DNA of 64,000 bases from the human T2T-CHM13v2.0 reference genome, Homo sapiens. Positions 35,208 through 48,589 of the stretch are shown one piece after another. The notes beneath the pieces were generated by a model. The model made no database searches. It was not told the origin of the DNA and saw only the letters and a list, made by a program, of their open reading frames with translations. The translations under genes and the position numbers were made by a program. The stretch's first letter is position 1. Every line of letters starts with the position of its first letter. The stretch lies in NCBI RefSeq assembly GCF_009914755.1, contig NC_060926.1; one strand, written 5' to 3'.

Positions 35208-35864
35208 GTTACCTCACAGTTATCTCACCTGGACTTTGAATGGGATAATATCAAGGAAAAAGGGCAGGTCAGCACTGTGTCAGAGAGCAGAAGTGCATAT
35301 CCACCCGAGTCTGGCAGCATGAAGAGATAGTCTCTGGGCCTTTCTTAGGAAATAGGAAAACGTTCTTATGCCCTGTTAAATGTTGGAAAATACACACAAC
35401 AGACTAACTTTTCTTTTAAGCCAAAGGACAGGGACATGTAGTTATGTGAGATGATGGCTCCATTCCTGTCAACTGAGGCAAACAGAACTCACTGTCTTCA
35501 GCTTGGAAAAACTCATCAAGGGGTTGCATGACGTCGCCAGCATCCTGAGGTTGTTGACTTTTCTTTCTTTCTACTTATCAGTGTGGTAGAAGTGGATGCA
35601 GAGGGAGAGCAGGACAAGTGGGACTCTTTTGATTATCATTAGCGACCCTCGAGCCTTGCTGATCAGAAAGAAGACTGTCCTCAGAGATGGTTCCCACATG
35701 GCACCTGATATACAATCAAAGCCTAGTCAATATTTGTTTATCGAAAACGGAGAATAGCAAGGGGTATAAAAAATTAGTTTAAATGGTACAATTTATACTC
35801 AGGTCTGACTTTGCATATCTGGCTCATTTGAGGGACTAGGTCACCAAGATTACCACCCTCATTT

Positions 35865-36955
35865 GCTGAAATCCTTCAGTGGCTTCAAAAAATGCCAATT
35901 TCCCACCAAAGGAACCCAGCTCCTGATAATTGCATCCCTGCCTTCCTCAGCCTCATCTCCAAACACTCCCTAGCTGGCTCCTCCATTCCAGCCATCCCCA
36001 GCTGCTTGCTGCTGCAGGACCTGGTGGCTATGGTTTGCTTGAGGATTGTGCTACCTCAGGCCCTAGAACTTGCACACGGTGCTCCTCCTGGCTGGATCCT
36101 GCTCCCTCTTCTGCTTCCTGCCCTAATTTATTCCTAAAGACCCTGCTCAAATCCATACCCTCTAGCAGGTGCCCTGAATCTGTAGGTCCTTTTCGTTCTC
36201 CTTCACCAGACTGAGACTTCAGTGGAGAAATGAGTTTCTGAGTCACCTTGCAAGTAGGTGCTCAATGAATGCCAGCTGAATGCTGCATTTGTGAAATATA
36301 GCCTTGGAGGAGGAAAATGTGATTCTGGCAACAAGGAAAAGTCATGCATTATTTGATCAAAGGGTGGAGCTGTACATGACTTACTGGTTTTAAAAGGGAA
36401 AAATACACACACATAAACATAAGTAAAAGTTGCTAAGGCATTGAATTTCTATTTTTAAATATCATATGGAGTCAAGTATGAATTCCATCACCATCGTATT
36501 AAAGGAATTGTATCTCTTGCAGACTATGCATATCATGCAAGTTTGAATTTAATGAGTGTGTAATTGTAGCCGTCTGAGAAGGTGAGACAATGTGAATGAA
36601 TCAGCAGGGCACGGGTAGTTTGGTCGTGAAATACAAGTACAGCCTTGGCAGGGCTGTGTCACATTTTTCCAGGCAGATGGTCTGTTCTCTTCTGGCTTTG
36701 CTTGGTATGACTGGTTCTGTCCTTGCTGCTCATAAACCTACATGCCCCTCTGCCCCCTGCCCCAAGACAGAGCCTGCTTTGTGTTCTACGCACCTGGTGA
36801 ACACTCCATCCCAGCTCTGATCAGTCATCTCTCTCCATCTTCCCCAGTAGACTGAGCTCCATGGGGCATGGCTCAGTGCCTGGCAACATGTGCTTTTTGA
36901 ATGAATGAAATGAATAAATGAGTGGAAAAAAGGGAAAGAAAAATGAATGAATTAG
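35865..36955 (+). mobile_element. L2 fragments (two 3' ends)
   Basis: aatccttcagtggcttc...gtaggtgctcaatgaatg (to ~36272) and tagactgagctccatgggg...cagtgcctggcaacat...tgaatgaatgaa (to ~36955). Confidence 0.55.
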
Positions 36956-37059
36956 TTCTAGATCACCTTTTTGCAAGACTCCCTTGATATGCATCCCAAA
37001 TTCTTCTTTCCACTTATGCCATTCAGGCTTTGGAATCCTGAAATTCTCCCCATAGTAAC

Positions 37060-37610
37060 AGGCTTGGGGGTGAGGAGCACAGAGGCTGAAGGGTGCATTC
37101 TGGAATCACCCACCGGAGGTTTGACTCCCTGCTCCATCCCTTCTTGCCAGCTGGGTAATCTTGACTGAGTACCTAGACCTTCTTATACTCAGTTTTCCCA
37201 TATGTCAAACTGGGATATTGATAAGACTTACCTCATGAGGCCATGGTTCCCAAGCTGTGTGCCAAGGCACCCCAAGATGCCACAACAAACTCACAAGGGC
37301 ACCAATGCACATTTTAAATCTCCAGGAGGAAACATGGAGATGTCTATCAGATACTGCATGAAGCTTTGACATAATCATGATGTCTATTGCAATACTGCAA
37401 CTCTTGGGTTGGTTGGACCTAACTACTGAAAACTGGTATTTCTTTTGACCTGGGGCCACAGGGAAAATTTCCTGAGATCCTAAGGGCACTGTAACCAGAG
37501 AAAAGTTGGGTCTCCAAGTCATAGGGTTGTCATGAGAATTTAGTGGGGAAGTACAGAACAAGCTTGCTACTTGTTAAGTGATCCACAGATGTTAGCTATA
37601 ATCATTATTT
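37060..37610 (+). mobile_element. MIR split by a hAT MITE
   Basis: ctcagttttcccatatgtcaaactgggatattgata...cctcat[MITE]catagggttgtcatgagaatt. Confidence 0.65.
37241..37517. mobile_element. hAT-Charlie-type MITE (family not resolved)
   Basis: catggttcccaagct...aaagttgggtctcca degenerate TIRs; degenerate TSD ctcatgagg/gtcatagg inside the MIR. Confidence 0.6.
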
Positions 37611-39099
37611 CCCTGTCCTCTGGATAAGTTTCATCATGGAATTCTGTTTATCTAAATCACCATTTAAATTACCAGCAAACCAAAAATTAAGCAACACAAT
37701 TCTGAATAATAGCTCAAATTCCTTTATTTTTCCCCAAATTACAAATTGACTGGGATGATTAAATAGTTCAAGAAAAAAAAAATCTACGTGGGACTAGGCA
37801 GAATTCCTTAGGGGTGTTCCTTCTAGGAAATGAAACCCACAGACATCACCGAAGTTCTCACTGGGCACAAACCACTAGAAGAGAGTAAACAATCCTTGAG
37901 CCTACTACACTGGAAACTCACACCAAAAATAGCCTCCCTTGAATGAAAGGTAATCTTTGGGAATATACTGTCTTAAATAGTCATTTCAACAGCTCATTGA
38001 TTGTTACAATCAAATGTCAAGTACTAGTACTCTGCTTCTCAAGAACTAAATGTACTGGAAACAATTTATTCTGTTATCCTAATTTAGTTTTTTTTTAATG
38101 GATAGATATCTTGTTTATTTGTTTCCAAGGTATCCACCATTACACTTATTATTTTTTTAAAGCAAGTCAGCCATGACTTGGTTCAGGATGAATAATGTAT
38201 AAATGTTATGTGTTTAAGCAGAGGTTGCCATGTCATTTTTACAAAAAGATTCCCAGGAATCACTAAGGCCAGAAAATAGCTCTTAGTTCTAAGGTCCAAA
38301 CACCAAGCAAGATGTGTAGGCTTTTTTCTCCCAAAGAAATTTCAAACCAATTGCATTCTTGAGTCCATTTTTTTAATGGAAAGATTAGCCCATATATGAA
38401 GTTATCATAAAGTGCTGAATGTTGTCAAAGCCCCTGACAATCCCAGATGGAGTGGGGGAAGCTGGCCACTCACATTTGCGGTGTGCTGGTGAGTCACTTT
38501 GGTATTTGTCTGTTGTGTCTCTTTTGTTAACAATGCAGGGATGTCTTTTCCTCCCACATCCAAAACTATTCATTAGACCAGGAGCACCAGAAAGTATAAG
38601 AATAAAATTCTTAGATTTAGTTTAAATCTAAATTGGCCTTAAATGTCGGTTTATGTTTCTAAATGTCCAAACAAAAAACCCAGCAGGTTCTTGTATGATA
38701 AAATATAATACTGAGTAGACTGCACACAAAGGAGTTCAGAATGTTTTTCCATCTGAAAAAACCTCTCTACCCATCCTTGTGAATTTTAAGAGGTAAGCAT
38801 GTAACCCACTAGGAAAGACGCCCATACAGTCACAAATGGATAGTGAGGGTTCCAGCATTCTGTGATCCTCAATTTTAGTTCTAGAGCCAGTTTGTAGCCT
38901 CTGAAAAACCTTTAGAAATCATGCCCATCGTTCATGGATCTTGAATATCTTCATTTTGTAGCTTGTGTCACTAGGATGTGAGAATTTTGTGGGTGAGTTT
39001 TCCATCCTCCTTGTGCACTGCTCTGTCCCTCTTGTCTTAAGTGAGTGTTCCGTACACAGTAGTTAAGTCTATCAATCAACGTTCAAGTGTTATTGTTAG

Positions 39100-39330
39100 T
39101 TATAAACAGCTTTTTAAGGTCATTCATTCAGTCCCATGTGCACTGTCTTCATTAATCTTCATAAGACGAGAAAGGGAGTATGATCACCATTTTACAAAGA
39201 CAAGGCTAAGATTGGAGAAGGCAAGTGATGGCCCCTGGTCACTCAGCTAACAAGCCCAAAGCCTAGGCATGGAGCCTCCATGTGACAGGTGCTTTGCTGA
39301 CATGAACCAAACCATTCCCACTGGACCACA
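39100..39330 (-). mobile_element. MIR
   Basis: cattaatcttcataagac...ccattttacaaagacaaggctaag...aagtgatggcccctggtcactcagcta. Confidence 0.6.
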
Positions 39331-41242
39331 CGTCTCCAAGCACCTTTGGTTTTCCCCATTTGTTTGGATCTAGAGCTTGCAAGAAGCTGTGACCAGAGGC
39401 AGAGTAAGTGGGAGTAAGACTAAGGTGAGGGATTGGAGAGGCAGCCTTGCCCCGCGTGACCAGGAATCAGGACACAACTCCACCAACAACCTTGTGTAAC
39501 CTGTTTCTTTTTTGGAAAATGGCAGGATCAGGCCAGATTGTGAGGGGTTCCCCAGGGGTTTGGTCTTGCCATCTCCTTACAAGGCTGGTGCCCTTCCAAG
39601 ATGTCCACTTAGAGGCTGAGGAATGAGGCACAGGAGGGTCTTCTGGCAAACACTCTGAATGCCCAGTGGACACGTGGGGATGGCAGTGACCCACTTCCAC
39701 CGTCTCCCTCCCAGCCCAGGCTAGATTCACTTCTGAGCAGCCAACTGCCCTCCTTTCCCAGACCGGCTGGTACCTCCTGCCAGCTTCACCTCCCAAGCCT
39801 TGATCACAAAACCCTCCATTTTTTTCAGCCTGTTTTGTGGGACTTGCATTCTGTGGATCACCCTTTGAAAAACGTGGTTATCGTTATTCTAACGGCCAGA
39901 TAGAAGGCAGTGTTTTTATACACTGAGTAGCTATGCATACACTAGGCAGGGGAAATCCACAGCTTGCTGCTACCACAGCCCCTCTAGAGTGGGTTCTTCA
40001 AGAGAAATGTAGGAGGAAGCTTCAGGCAGTACCATTCTTTAGCTGGAAGGAACTCCAGCCCTTCACTGTTGTGGAAGCTGGGCCCAGAGCAGGGAGGCAG
40101 CGTCCCAAGATCACACGGTGAGTTAGTCACCAGTGAAAATAATATTTTCCTCCTTGCACACCACACCCTCTTTTTTTCCAGGCAAATTCCAGGCTCCTTT
40201 GGAAGAATGACAATGCTACAGAAAAGCACATGGATTTGCAGCTTCGTGGACATCACCTGTGAGGGTGACAGCTCTTTACTCTCAGTGAGTTCCCCAGGTA
40301 CACAAGCTCCTGAACAGACACAGGATGCACACATCTAAGTGCTTTCTGGCCCCAGATCCACATGCGCAGATGTAGAAGGGGCTTTCAGCTGATCACGAGG
40401 GTGTGGAAAGGTCTCAAGGGTGATTCAGGCACATAAATTCAAAATCTGTTTCTTCAACAAGAAATGCAGCTACCTTAAAAAAATTTTTTTAAGTAATCCA
40501 GATAATATTTTATTCAACAGATGGAGGAAAGTGAAGCCAGGCTTACTGAGGAAAAAAAACAACCCTCAGAAATCAAAATCAGACAGCTATACCCGGTCTG
40601 GCTGCCCCAGAGCGGGAAGACCTGAACCTTGGCAGGGCTGGCTGCTGTGCTGACCAGTCTGATATCAAGAAGAGAAGTGATTTTCCGATCCTGCATCCGG
40701 TACAGCTGTGCGGACTCTGCTCTTCCTGCCATTCCACCAAGAAATTAAAAAGCAATTTTCTTTTGAAGTTCTGGGGTTTTTTTGTTTTTTGTTTTTTTCA
40801 TTTAAGATTACACTTTGAGGTCAGAAAATGAGACATAAGGAATTCACAAACACACACGCATTCGATTCAGAAACATTCCACCCTCCACATCCCCATTTTA
40901 AACTGTCCTGAGGCCCAGATGGTTTACAGCTTGAGCCGGCTTAGGCTGGCAAGCATTTCAGGGATCTGGTTGACTACGTTTTCCTGAAACAGAGGTATTT
41001 TATGCATTAAGCTGATCAACACCGGGGAGAATGGGGCACCCTAACTGCCTTTAAGTAATATCTTATGAAGCTCTTTTAGGATTAGCAGCAGAACAAAATA
41101 CACCCAGGAATCAAGGGTATAAAGCAATGAAGATTGTGTTTCACCTTGCAATATTGTGAGTAGTGTTGTTTATTCAAGGCAGTGTTAATTTTTATAATTT
41201 TTAAGCTTGTATGTATGTTTTTCTCCTCAGATGATTATGGTC

Positions 41243-42430
41243 TGTATCAGTTGCAGTTCAAGCAGGAAGTAGAAACCACACAGTAACTTAAACGGGGAAA
41301 GTTGAGTATAAAGAATTAATAAGTAAAATGTAGAACTGGAGTAACAAGGGATTGGCTAGTGAGAAGTGAACTCTAAAGAATACAAAGCAGCAGATAGAGG
41401 GAGCCGCCACTCTCCGTCCCTGGAGCTGAGATGGATGCTCGTGGAAGGGCCCTCGCTTCCAGGGCTGAAAAGATTCAGACATGCCGAGAGGGCACAGCCA
41501 TAGCTCAGTGGGTGGCAGGGAATTTTTGCAAGTGCTGTGGTGTTGCAACAGCAGAACTTGCTAGAAATGGGCCTCTTTTCTTCAAATCGAAGGAAAGACA
41601 TTTCCCCAAACTGAAGAGGACAAAAATGAAGAAATTCTTAGCCTTTCCCTCAAATCAGGAGCCCCATAGTTCTCAAGGTCATTATATTGGTGATGGGCTA
41701 TATTAATCACTTCTCAAATTCAATCGTAGTCTAACTCATGTTTTCTGCATATATTATAAAATGAATTTCTAACAACATGTACATGAAATAAAAATAGGAA
41801 AAACGATGAACATGGTTATCATGTAGAAAAAAATACTTGTCATAAACAAATAGAACATTTGCAGAGCTTCTATAATCCTTGTTTCTGTAATTTGGCATTG
41901 AGCCATGTTAGGATGTGTGGCTTCCTTCTCTGGCTCTTCCATATTCCCCTTGCCCTAAGCCAGACCGTGGCTGCTCCAATTCTTTACAAGGAGGTTATGT
42001 CCTTGATCAGCCTGCCTTTTCTTTAGTTTCTCTAGTTTTCTACTAAACTTTACTGTTGGTTAGTTTTTACGTGCAAGTACTCAGGGGCACTCATTGCCCC
42101 TGACAGTCTCCTCCCTCCGTCTGCTGCGCAGCAGAAACCCAGTTTCCCCTTGGTCACCAGGATCAACCACCCGAGCTATAGACTCATTCCTTTTGTGACT
42201 GTTTGTCCAGTGGCCTCTAGGACCCCACAATGGCCATGCGGAGTCTCTGCTTCTAGTTCAGTAGAGTCATTGCTGTGTCCCTTGATGGGGGGGCAAGTGC
42301 TTCTGCACAGCTGTCTGAGATCCCCAAGCCCTCAGAATCCCAGGTTGCTAGGATGGCGATTAATTCTTGGACCCATGGGCTCTGGCCATCATGGTCTCTG
42401 ATTCAAAATATGTAATGCATCCTGTAAGAC
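41243..42430 (-). mobile_element. Old ERVL-class LTR plus 3' internal remnant
   Basis: tgtatcagttgcagttcaagcaggaagtagaaaccacacagtaac...; internal cagtttccccttggtcaccaggatcaaccaccc...ttctagttcagtagagtcattgctgtgtccc resembles 27740-27890. Confidence 0.6.
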
Positions 42431-42619
42431 GGAGTCTTGCTTTGGCCTACTATTTTATGAGGCTATTTTAGGAATGCAAGCAGAGCAAAAGACACCCAGC
42501 AACCAAATATGTAAATCAACGAAGAATGTTTCAGATTGTAATCATGCAAGCAGAGTGGTGTCTATTCGATGTTGATTTTTCAAACTTTCCAACTTGCATT
42601 TTTTTAGAGTTGTTAAAGG

Positions 42620-42900
42620 ATGAAAAAATTAAAGCTAGACAGGAGGAATAAGTTCTAGTGGTCTATACCACTGTAGGATAGCTATAGTTAACAATAAAAT
42701 ATTATACAGTTTCAAATAGCTAGAAGGAGGATATCAAATGTTATCAACACAATGAGCTTATAAATGTTTGATATGATGTATATGCTAATTACCCTGATTT
42801 GATCACTATACATTACATGCACCTAAAAATCATGATGTACCCCCGTGAATATGCACAAGTATTATTTGTCAACTAAGAAATTAAAATTTTAAAAATCTTT
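42620..42900 (+). mobile_element. L1MA4/5-like 3' end
   Basis: gctagacaggaggaataagttctagtg...tttcaaatagctagaaggagga...gctaattaccctgatttgatcact. Confidence 0.85.
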
Positions 42901-43599
42901 TAAAAACACTATTGCCTATAAAAAGAAAAGTTGAAAAAATCTATATGCCATGCCATGTGTTGGCACTGCATTTATTGTCTTATTTATCATCATAAGCCCA
43001 CCTAGCAGACAACTGTGAATCTCCATATCTTGTAGAAAACCAAAAGGTTAAAAGATTAACTTATTATTTCTATAAGCATCATTAATGTCACAACCTAAAA
43101 AGAAAGAAAGAGAAAAGGAAAAATGGGGTCAAATTTTAATGTCTGGTATAATAACTCCAGATCTCTAGAAACTTTTTTTTAATGATTCTTGCAGGTATTC
43201 CTTATAACCAGGTCTCAGGGTTGCCTTTGCTAGGGGTGATTTTATTAGCAGGGATTTAGACAGAAAAGACTTGAGCCAGACTTCCACAGCCATAACAGAC
43301 CTTTGAGACATCTTATCTCCAAAGTCTGAGAATTCCCTAGAGAAACATGCTTCTCATTCTATGTCCTCTGATAAGCTAAGGAAGAGAAAGTAAAAAAAAA
43401 AAAAAAAAAAAAAAAGACAGGGAGTAAAAGAAAAAAGGAAAGCAGAAAAAAAAGTCATGTTTGTAACATATAAATTATTTTCATATGCATTACTAAAAAT
43501 TCCCAGCTCTGCAAGAATGGATCAGTTCCAAGAAAGATAGAGCTATAAAACTGTAACGTCCACCTCAAGTCTGTCAGAGACCAAAACTCAGTTTAATCT

Positions 43600-43653
43600 G
43601 ATGGTTGTTTGGTTGCCGGTTGGTTGGTTGGTTGGTTGGTTGGTTGGTTGGTT
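43600..43653. repeat. (TTGG)n microsatellite
   Basis: ggttggttggttggttggttggttggttggttggtt. Confidence 0.9.
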
Positions 43654-44279
43654 TTCCCACCCCACAATCCTGCCACTGGTACCATAACATGGGACTCTAT
43701 AAATGGAGGCCTACACAGTTGGATCTTTCAGGACAGCATTAAATAAAATATTTAAAAGTGAATGTGAGGCAAAGTTGGGAGGCAAGCTCTGGGTGCCCAG
43801 AGACCTCGAGGATAACTAATGAGTTCCTTGCTCCCAAATGAGGAAATGTGACTCTATCCTATGATCAGGGGAGAAAAAACAAAGGTGACGAGGTGCCCTG
43901 CGGGAGCTGCAGACCAGAGCACAGCTGAGAGCCTGCTTGTAATCTCCCTCCCACCCCATAGTGGGTGGCCATTCTGCTTATGGTGGAGAGCAATGGGTGG
44001 AGCTGCAGAGCCCATTTATAGCCAGGAGGATCCAATGTCCATTTTCACACACTGGTTTCTATGACTGAAGGTGACTGAACAACACCTTTTAGAGGTTATT
44101 ATTGTGAAACAAAGGATTGGAGTCGATCCTTCTAAAATTTCTCCATTACACCTGCCTATGGGATGCATTGGTCATAGTTCATAATAGCAAAAAATGGAAA
44201 AGACTCAACATGTTTAAATAAATTATGATACCTGGTAAAGAACATTAGATAGAAATTTAAAATCATAATTTTAAAGTGT

Positions 44280-45650
44280 AACCCATACACCTAGTGCCCA
44301 GATCTTGGTTTCTAATATCACTTTCCAATAAAAGGAACCAGAACTCCTTAGAGAAATGGCTGTGCATTAGTCCATTCTCACATTGCTATAAAGAAATACC
44401 CAAGACTGGGTAGTTTATAAAGGAAAGAGGTTTAATTGACTTGCAGTTCCACATGGCTGGGCAGGCCTCAGGAAACTTACAATCATGGCAGAAGGCAAAG
44501 GGGAAGCAAAGATCTTCTTCACGTGGCGGCAGGAAAGAGACAGCTAGCAAGAGCAGGGTAAACTGCCTTATAAAACCATCAGCTGTCATGAGAGCTCATT
44601 CACTATCACAAGAACAGCATGGGAGAAACCACCTCTATGATGCAATCCCCTCCCACCAGGTCTCTACTTCAACGCCTGGGGATTAAAATTCAAGATGAGA
44701 TTTGGTTGGGGACACAAAGCCTAACCATGTCAGGCCAATTTGGCAAAAATACACAAAATAAGCCTGGAACATCTTGTAGTGGCCTAAAGTAAGGTAGTGC
44801 TCAAAAAATTTTAAAAAGTAAAAACAAATGAACAATGGGGTTCTGTCAAAAGGCACAGGAGCCAACTGTAAGAGCTCCCAACTGTACAAGCTGAAGAATC
44901 CGAGCAACAAAAATCACATAATATGGGATTATAACCCAAAGTGCAAAATAAATATCATGTGTCCATACTGACACAAATAAATCACTGAATCAAAATAAAT
45001 GAGACAGGAGAGGCAAATCTCCTATATAAAGAATTCCAAACAATTTCAGTAGATGCTTCATCCTCCAGAAGGTGAAGCCTACATCCCCACTCTAAAAGTG
45101 CTGGCTGCAGATAGTGACTTCTTTCCAAAGGGGACAGAATGGCAGGGGGGTCAGGGATGGGGAAGAGTCACTTTACAGTAGACAAACACGACCTCAGCCA
45201 GACGATCAAGGTCAGCAGTAGTAAGTCATGTTGACAGTATGTACCTTTGACATGATGTGATGAGGATGGCACCTTAAGTCTGTGGCCTTCCTCCCAAAAA
45301 CACATAATCCCAGTCTAATCAAGAGAAAAACTCCAGACAAACCCCAATTAAAGGACACTCTACAAAATACCTAACCAATACTCCTCAAAACTGACAAAGC
45401 CATCAAAAAGAATCAAAAGAAAACAGACAAGGAAGGTGAGATGTTGCCATAGCTCAGAAGATCTCATGGAAGCATGATAGCTCAATGTCATGCAGGATCC
45501 TAGAACAGAAAAAGGACATTAGGCAAAGACTGGGGAACTCTGAATAAAGTGTGAACTTTAATTAATAATAATGCGGCTCATTAATTTTAACAATTGTACT
45601 ATTCTAAGGTGAGACGTTACCATTAGGGGAAATGGGGTGCAGGGTATCCA
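44280..45650 (+). mobile_element. L1MD/L1MC3-like 3'UTR, split by THE1D
   Basis: cctagtgcccagatcttggtttctaat...gaactccttagagaaatggc[THE1]...tcccagtctaatcaagagaaaaactccagacaaacccc...ggatcctagaacagaaaaaggacatt. Confidence 0.8.
44363..44732 (-). mobile_element. THE1D-like MaLR solo LTR
   Basis: tgcattagtccattctcacattgctataaag...ggggacacaaagcctaaccatgtca; TSD GGCTG/GGCCA. Confidence 0.92.
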
Positions 45651-46023
45651 CTATTCTGAATTATCAACAACAGACCTTGTGTTCAGCATTGCTGATCACA
45701 CGTGTGGGCCTTCCGAACACAGGGGTAACCTTTGCAGGATGGCTTTCTGCCAATGTAATGGCAGAACTCTGGTATTTCAAGGCCATCCTTTAGGACTCTA
45801 AGGTATCCTTTAGTTTTCTATGTTAAAATGGAGGAACAGTTCAATCACTTCTATTCATAGCTTTTCATTCCCACTGCCGTATAAAGAGGAAGGCAAACTG
45901 AACAATGTCAGGTTGTTTTCATAAAGTTTTAAATCAGAAAATCTTTTTTGGACTTCAACTTTCAATGCCACAATTTGGAGGCTATCATTCAGGTAGAGCA
46001 AAGGAAAATGGGTCATCAGAGTT

Positions 46024-46383
46024 CCCAAATCTCATGTCCAATTGTACTTCCCAGTGTTGGAGGTGGAGCCTGGTGGGAGGTGATTAGATCATGGGGCGGA
46101 TTTTTCCCTCAGTGCTGCTCTTATGATAGTGACTGGGTGCTTGTAAGATTTGGCTGTTTAAAAGTGTGTGGCACCTCCCGCCTCTCGCTTCTTCCTCTTG
46201 TTTTGGCCATGTGAGGACATACCTGCTTCCTCTTCACCTTCCTCCATGATATAAGTTTCCTGAGGCCTCCCCAGCCACTCTCCCTGTGCAGCCTGCAGAA
46301 TCGTGAGCCAATTAAACCTCTTTTCTTTGTAAATTACCCAGTCTTAGGTATTTTTTATAGCAGTGCAAGAATGGACTAATACA
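46024..46383 (+). mobile_element. MSTA-like MaLR LTR lacking its first ~20-25 nt
   Basis: cccaaatctcatgtccaattgtacttcccagtgttggaggtgg...gcagtgcaagaatggactaataca. Confidence 0.88.
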
Positions 46384-47714
46384 TGAGCCATATTATTCTA
46401 AGTGAGTTTTTCAAAGACAATTTTGCAATACAGGAACTGAATCACAAAATTGTGTAACAAGTGGCTAATGCCTGAGCAGAGGAAAAAGATTCCAAGTGTG
46501 AGATGGATTGTTGAATTTATGAAAAAGCTGAGTCTTGATCCCAAATTATCTGTTAAGGACAGAAATTTTTTCACTGAAAAATGTTACCTTTTAAATTTAA
46601 AACATCTTTTTGGCACCATGCCAAGGCGAAAGCACCTGCTTTCCCGTAGCACAGCCAACAGGGACATTGCACATCTAATTCCACAATCCTGATGTCGAGT
46701 GGCCAGTGGGCTCAGCACAGGCATGCGTGAAATTTGCCGAGTTAACTACATGTCCATGGCACATGTCTGCTTTCTCTGTTTAGCACAAAGCATTTTCTAG
46801 GACATGCCACGATGGACAACCCAAGTCCCTTGTTGGAGAAAGTATTGTCATTTTGTATTGAACTTGTTGGATTGGCTAGTTACCCAACATTTGAAGCAAT
46901 TATTGGAGGAGCCTAACGTGGTCACATATGTAAATTTTGACTAGTCTGCATTAAACTTTAAGCCTTATCTCAATATTTCAAACCAAGTCACTGCTTGAAG
47001 ATCTGGTCTTCCTTGCACGACAGATTCAAAAGTATTTACAAATATTCTCACTGACACCTGAACACACAGGGCTTATTGGAGAGCATTATTTACATCTGGA
47101 CTCTCATCATTACAAAAAATAATGCTACAAATGATTCACTTTTTCTTATAACTTGTCCTATGCATTCTTAGCTGTGTCTACACAGACGGAACAGCAGGTT
47201 TCTAGTTAGGTTCACATTTCCAAATACTTCTCTCTATTCAGAACACACGATTTCTACTGCACTCACAAGACTCCCTTTTATGAACTTGCCCTTATGTCTG
47301 GGCAATTGTTTTACATTTCAATCATAAGTGTATTTCTCAGTCACATTAGTTATTGAATTTTCTTTTTAAAAAACAAAATATATGGAAGTGTTCTTTTTTA
47401 TAGTTTGTTAAATTTTCCACCATGCATCTCTTCCTTATATGGATCATAGACCTTATTGCTGTATTTGTGTTATATTAATGACAATGTTTTAACTGAATTC
47501 CTTCTACACAGATATGCTTTGTTTGTAAAGTAAACATACCAAATTCTTTTTCACTTTTACACCTCAGTTGGTTTACTTTTATTGTTCTTCTTGGAACCTA
47601 TAGTCTTCTAGCTTTTTTATGTTTGCATTTTGTATAGGGCACAAGAAGGATATAGGAAATCTTTTCTTCCCCCTTTACTGCAAGAGAAACGGCCCATAAT
47701 GATGATCCTTGGCA

Positions 47715-48015
47715 ACTGAATACGCGGTGCTGGGAAACAGTAGAGGGTGGTGGGGACTGCAGGGAATGAACAGCTCATGTCTCACTCATCAACAACTGTG
47801 GCTGTGGGGGAACGTGGCTCTGTGTCTACTGAACTTTGCCAGTTTTAAAGAGAAACACACAATCGAGATTTTTGTGATTTTTAACCTTGCAACAAATTTC
47901 ATGATAAATTGAACCCAAAAAATCCCCACCGTGTGGACCAACTTTTTTATCTGCAAAACAAATAAAACTTCTTGGGGCAGAATGTGGCCAGCAGGCCCCG
48001 TGTTTGAGATCCTTT
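47715..48015. mobile_element. MER102-like hAT fragment
   Basis: gccagttttaaagagaaacacacaatcgagatttttgtga...aaacaaataaaacttcttggggcagaatgtggccagcaggccccgtgtttgagatcct. Confidence 0.5.
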
Positions 48016-48589
48016 CATAGAAAAACGATGGCGGGAAGCATGCAAACACTCAGGTGGGTGCAAGCCGCGCACAGTGAGTCACCCGGGCTCCTCCGTCAAC
48101 GCATCCTCTGAACAGAAGTTCACACCAGCCTTTGCAGCTACTGGTTTGGGTACCCGCCACAGCACTGACTCACAGAGCTGACGATCCCTCCACCAGCTCC
48201 CCAAGGCCTCCAGCCCGCTCCTGGGCTCCTCTCGCCTCTTGGGTCCAGCATCCTGGGTCTTTCAAGCCAAAGGTAACAGAAATATCTCATGTCCTGCCTC
48301 TCATTGTTGTAGATGAGGAGACTGGACCTGAGAAAAGCTAGAGCACTCACTCACAGCCACCCAGCGTATCAGGGGCAAAGGAAAAATCAGATCTGCCTAG
48401 AGTCCCTGACTTTCTTTAACTCCTTTCCTAGAAAAGAGGAGTGTGCAGGGTCACATGTGACCAGAGAGCATGTCTCAGTGCCCATGGGTTCACATCAGCT
48501 TTGTACACTGTCAGGAATTCATTTCCCACATAAATAGTAGAGAAATGTGATACTTGAAATGAACAGGTAAAGGAGGCTACCAGGAAAAC

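Noticed and set aside
38483-38496. Isolated GTGAGT donors (38489, 40118, 54075 region) as exons of one transcript
   Set aside because: No matching strong acceptors at exon-like distances; the hexamer is common.
38611-38631. 9-bp hairpin TTAGATTTA-gtt-TAAATCTAA
   Set aside because: A stem this short and AT-rich is expected by chance in a window of this size.
43381-43455. Long A run and purine tract as an orphan retroposed poly(A)
   Set aside because: No TSD or upstream retroelement body is visible; treated as low complexity.
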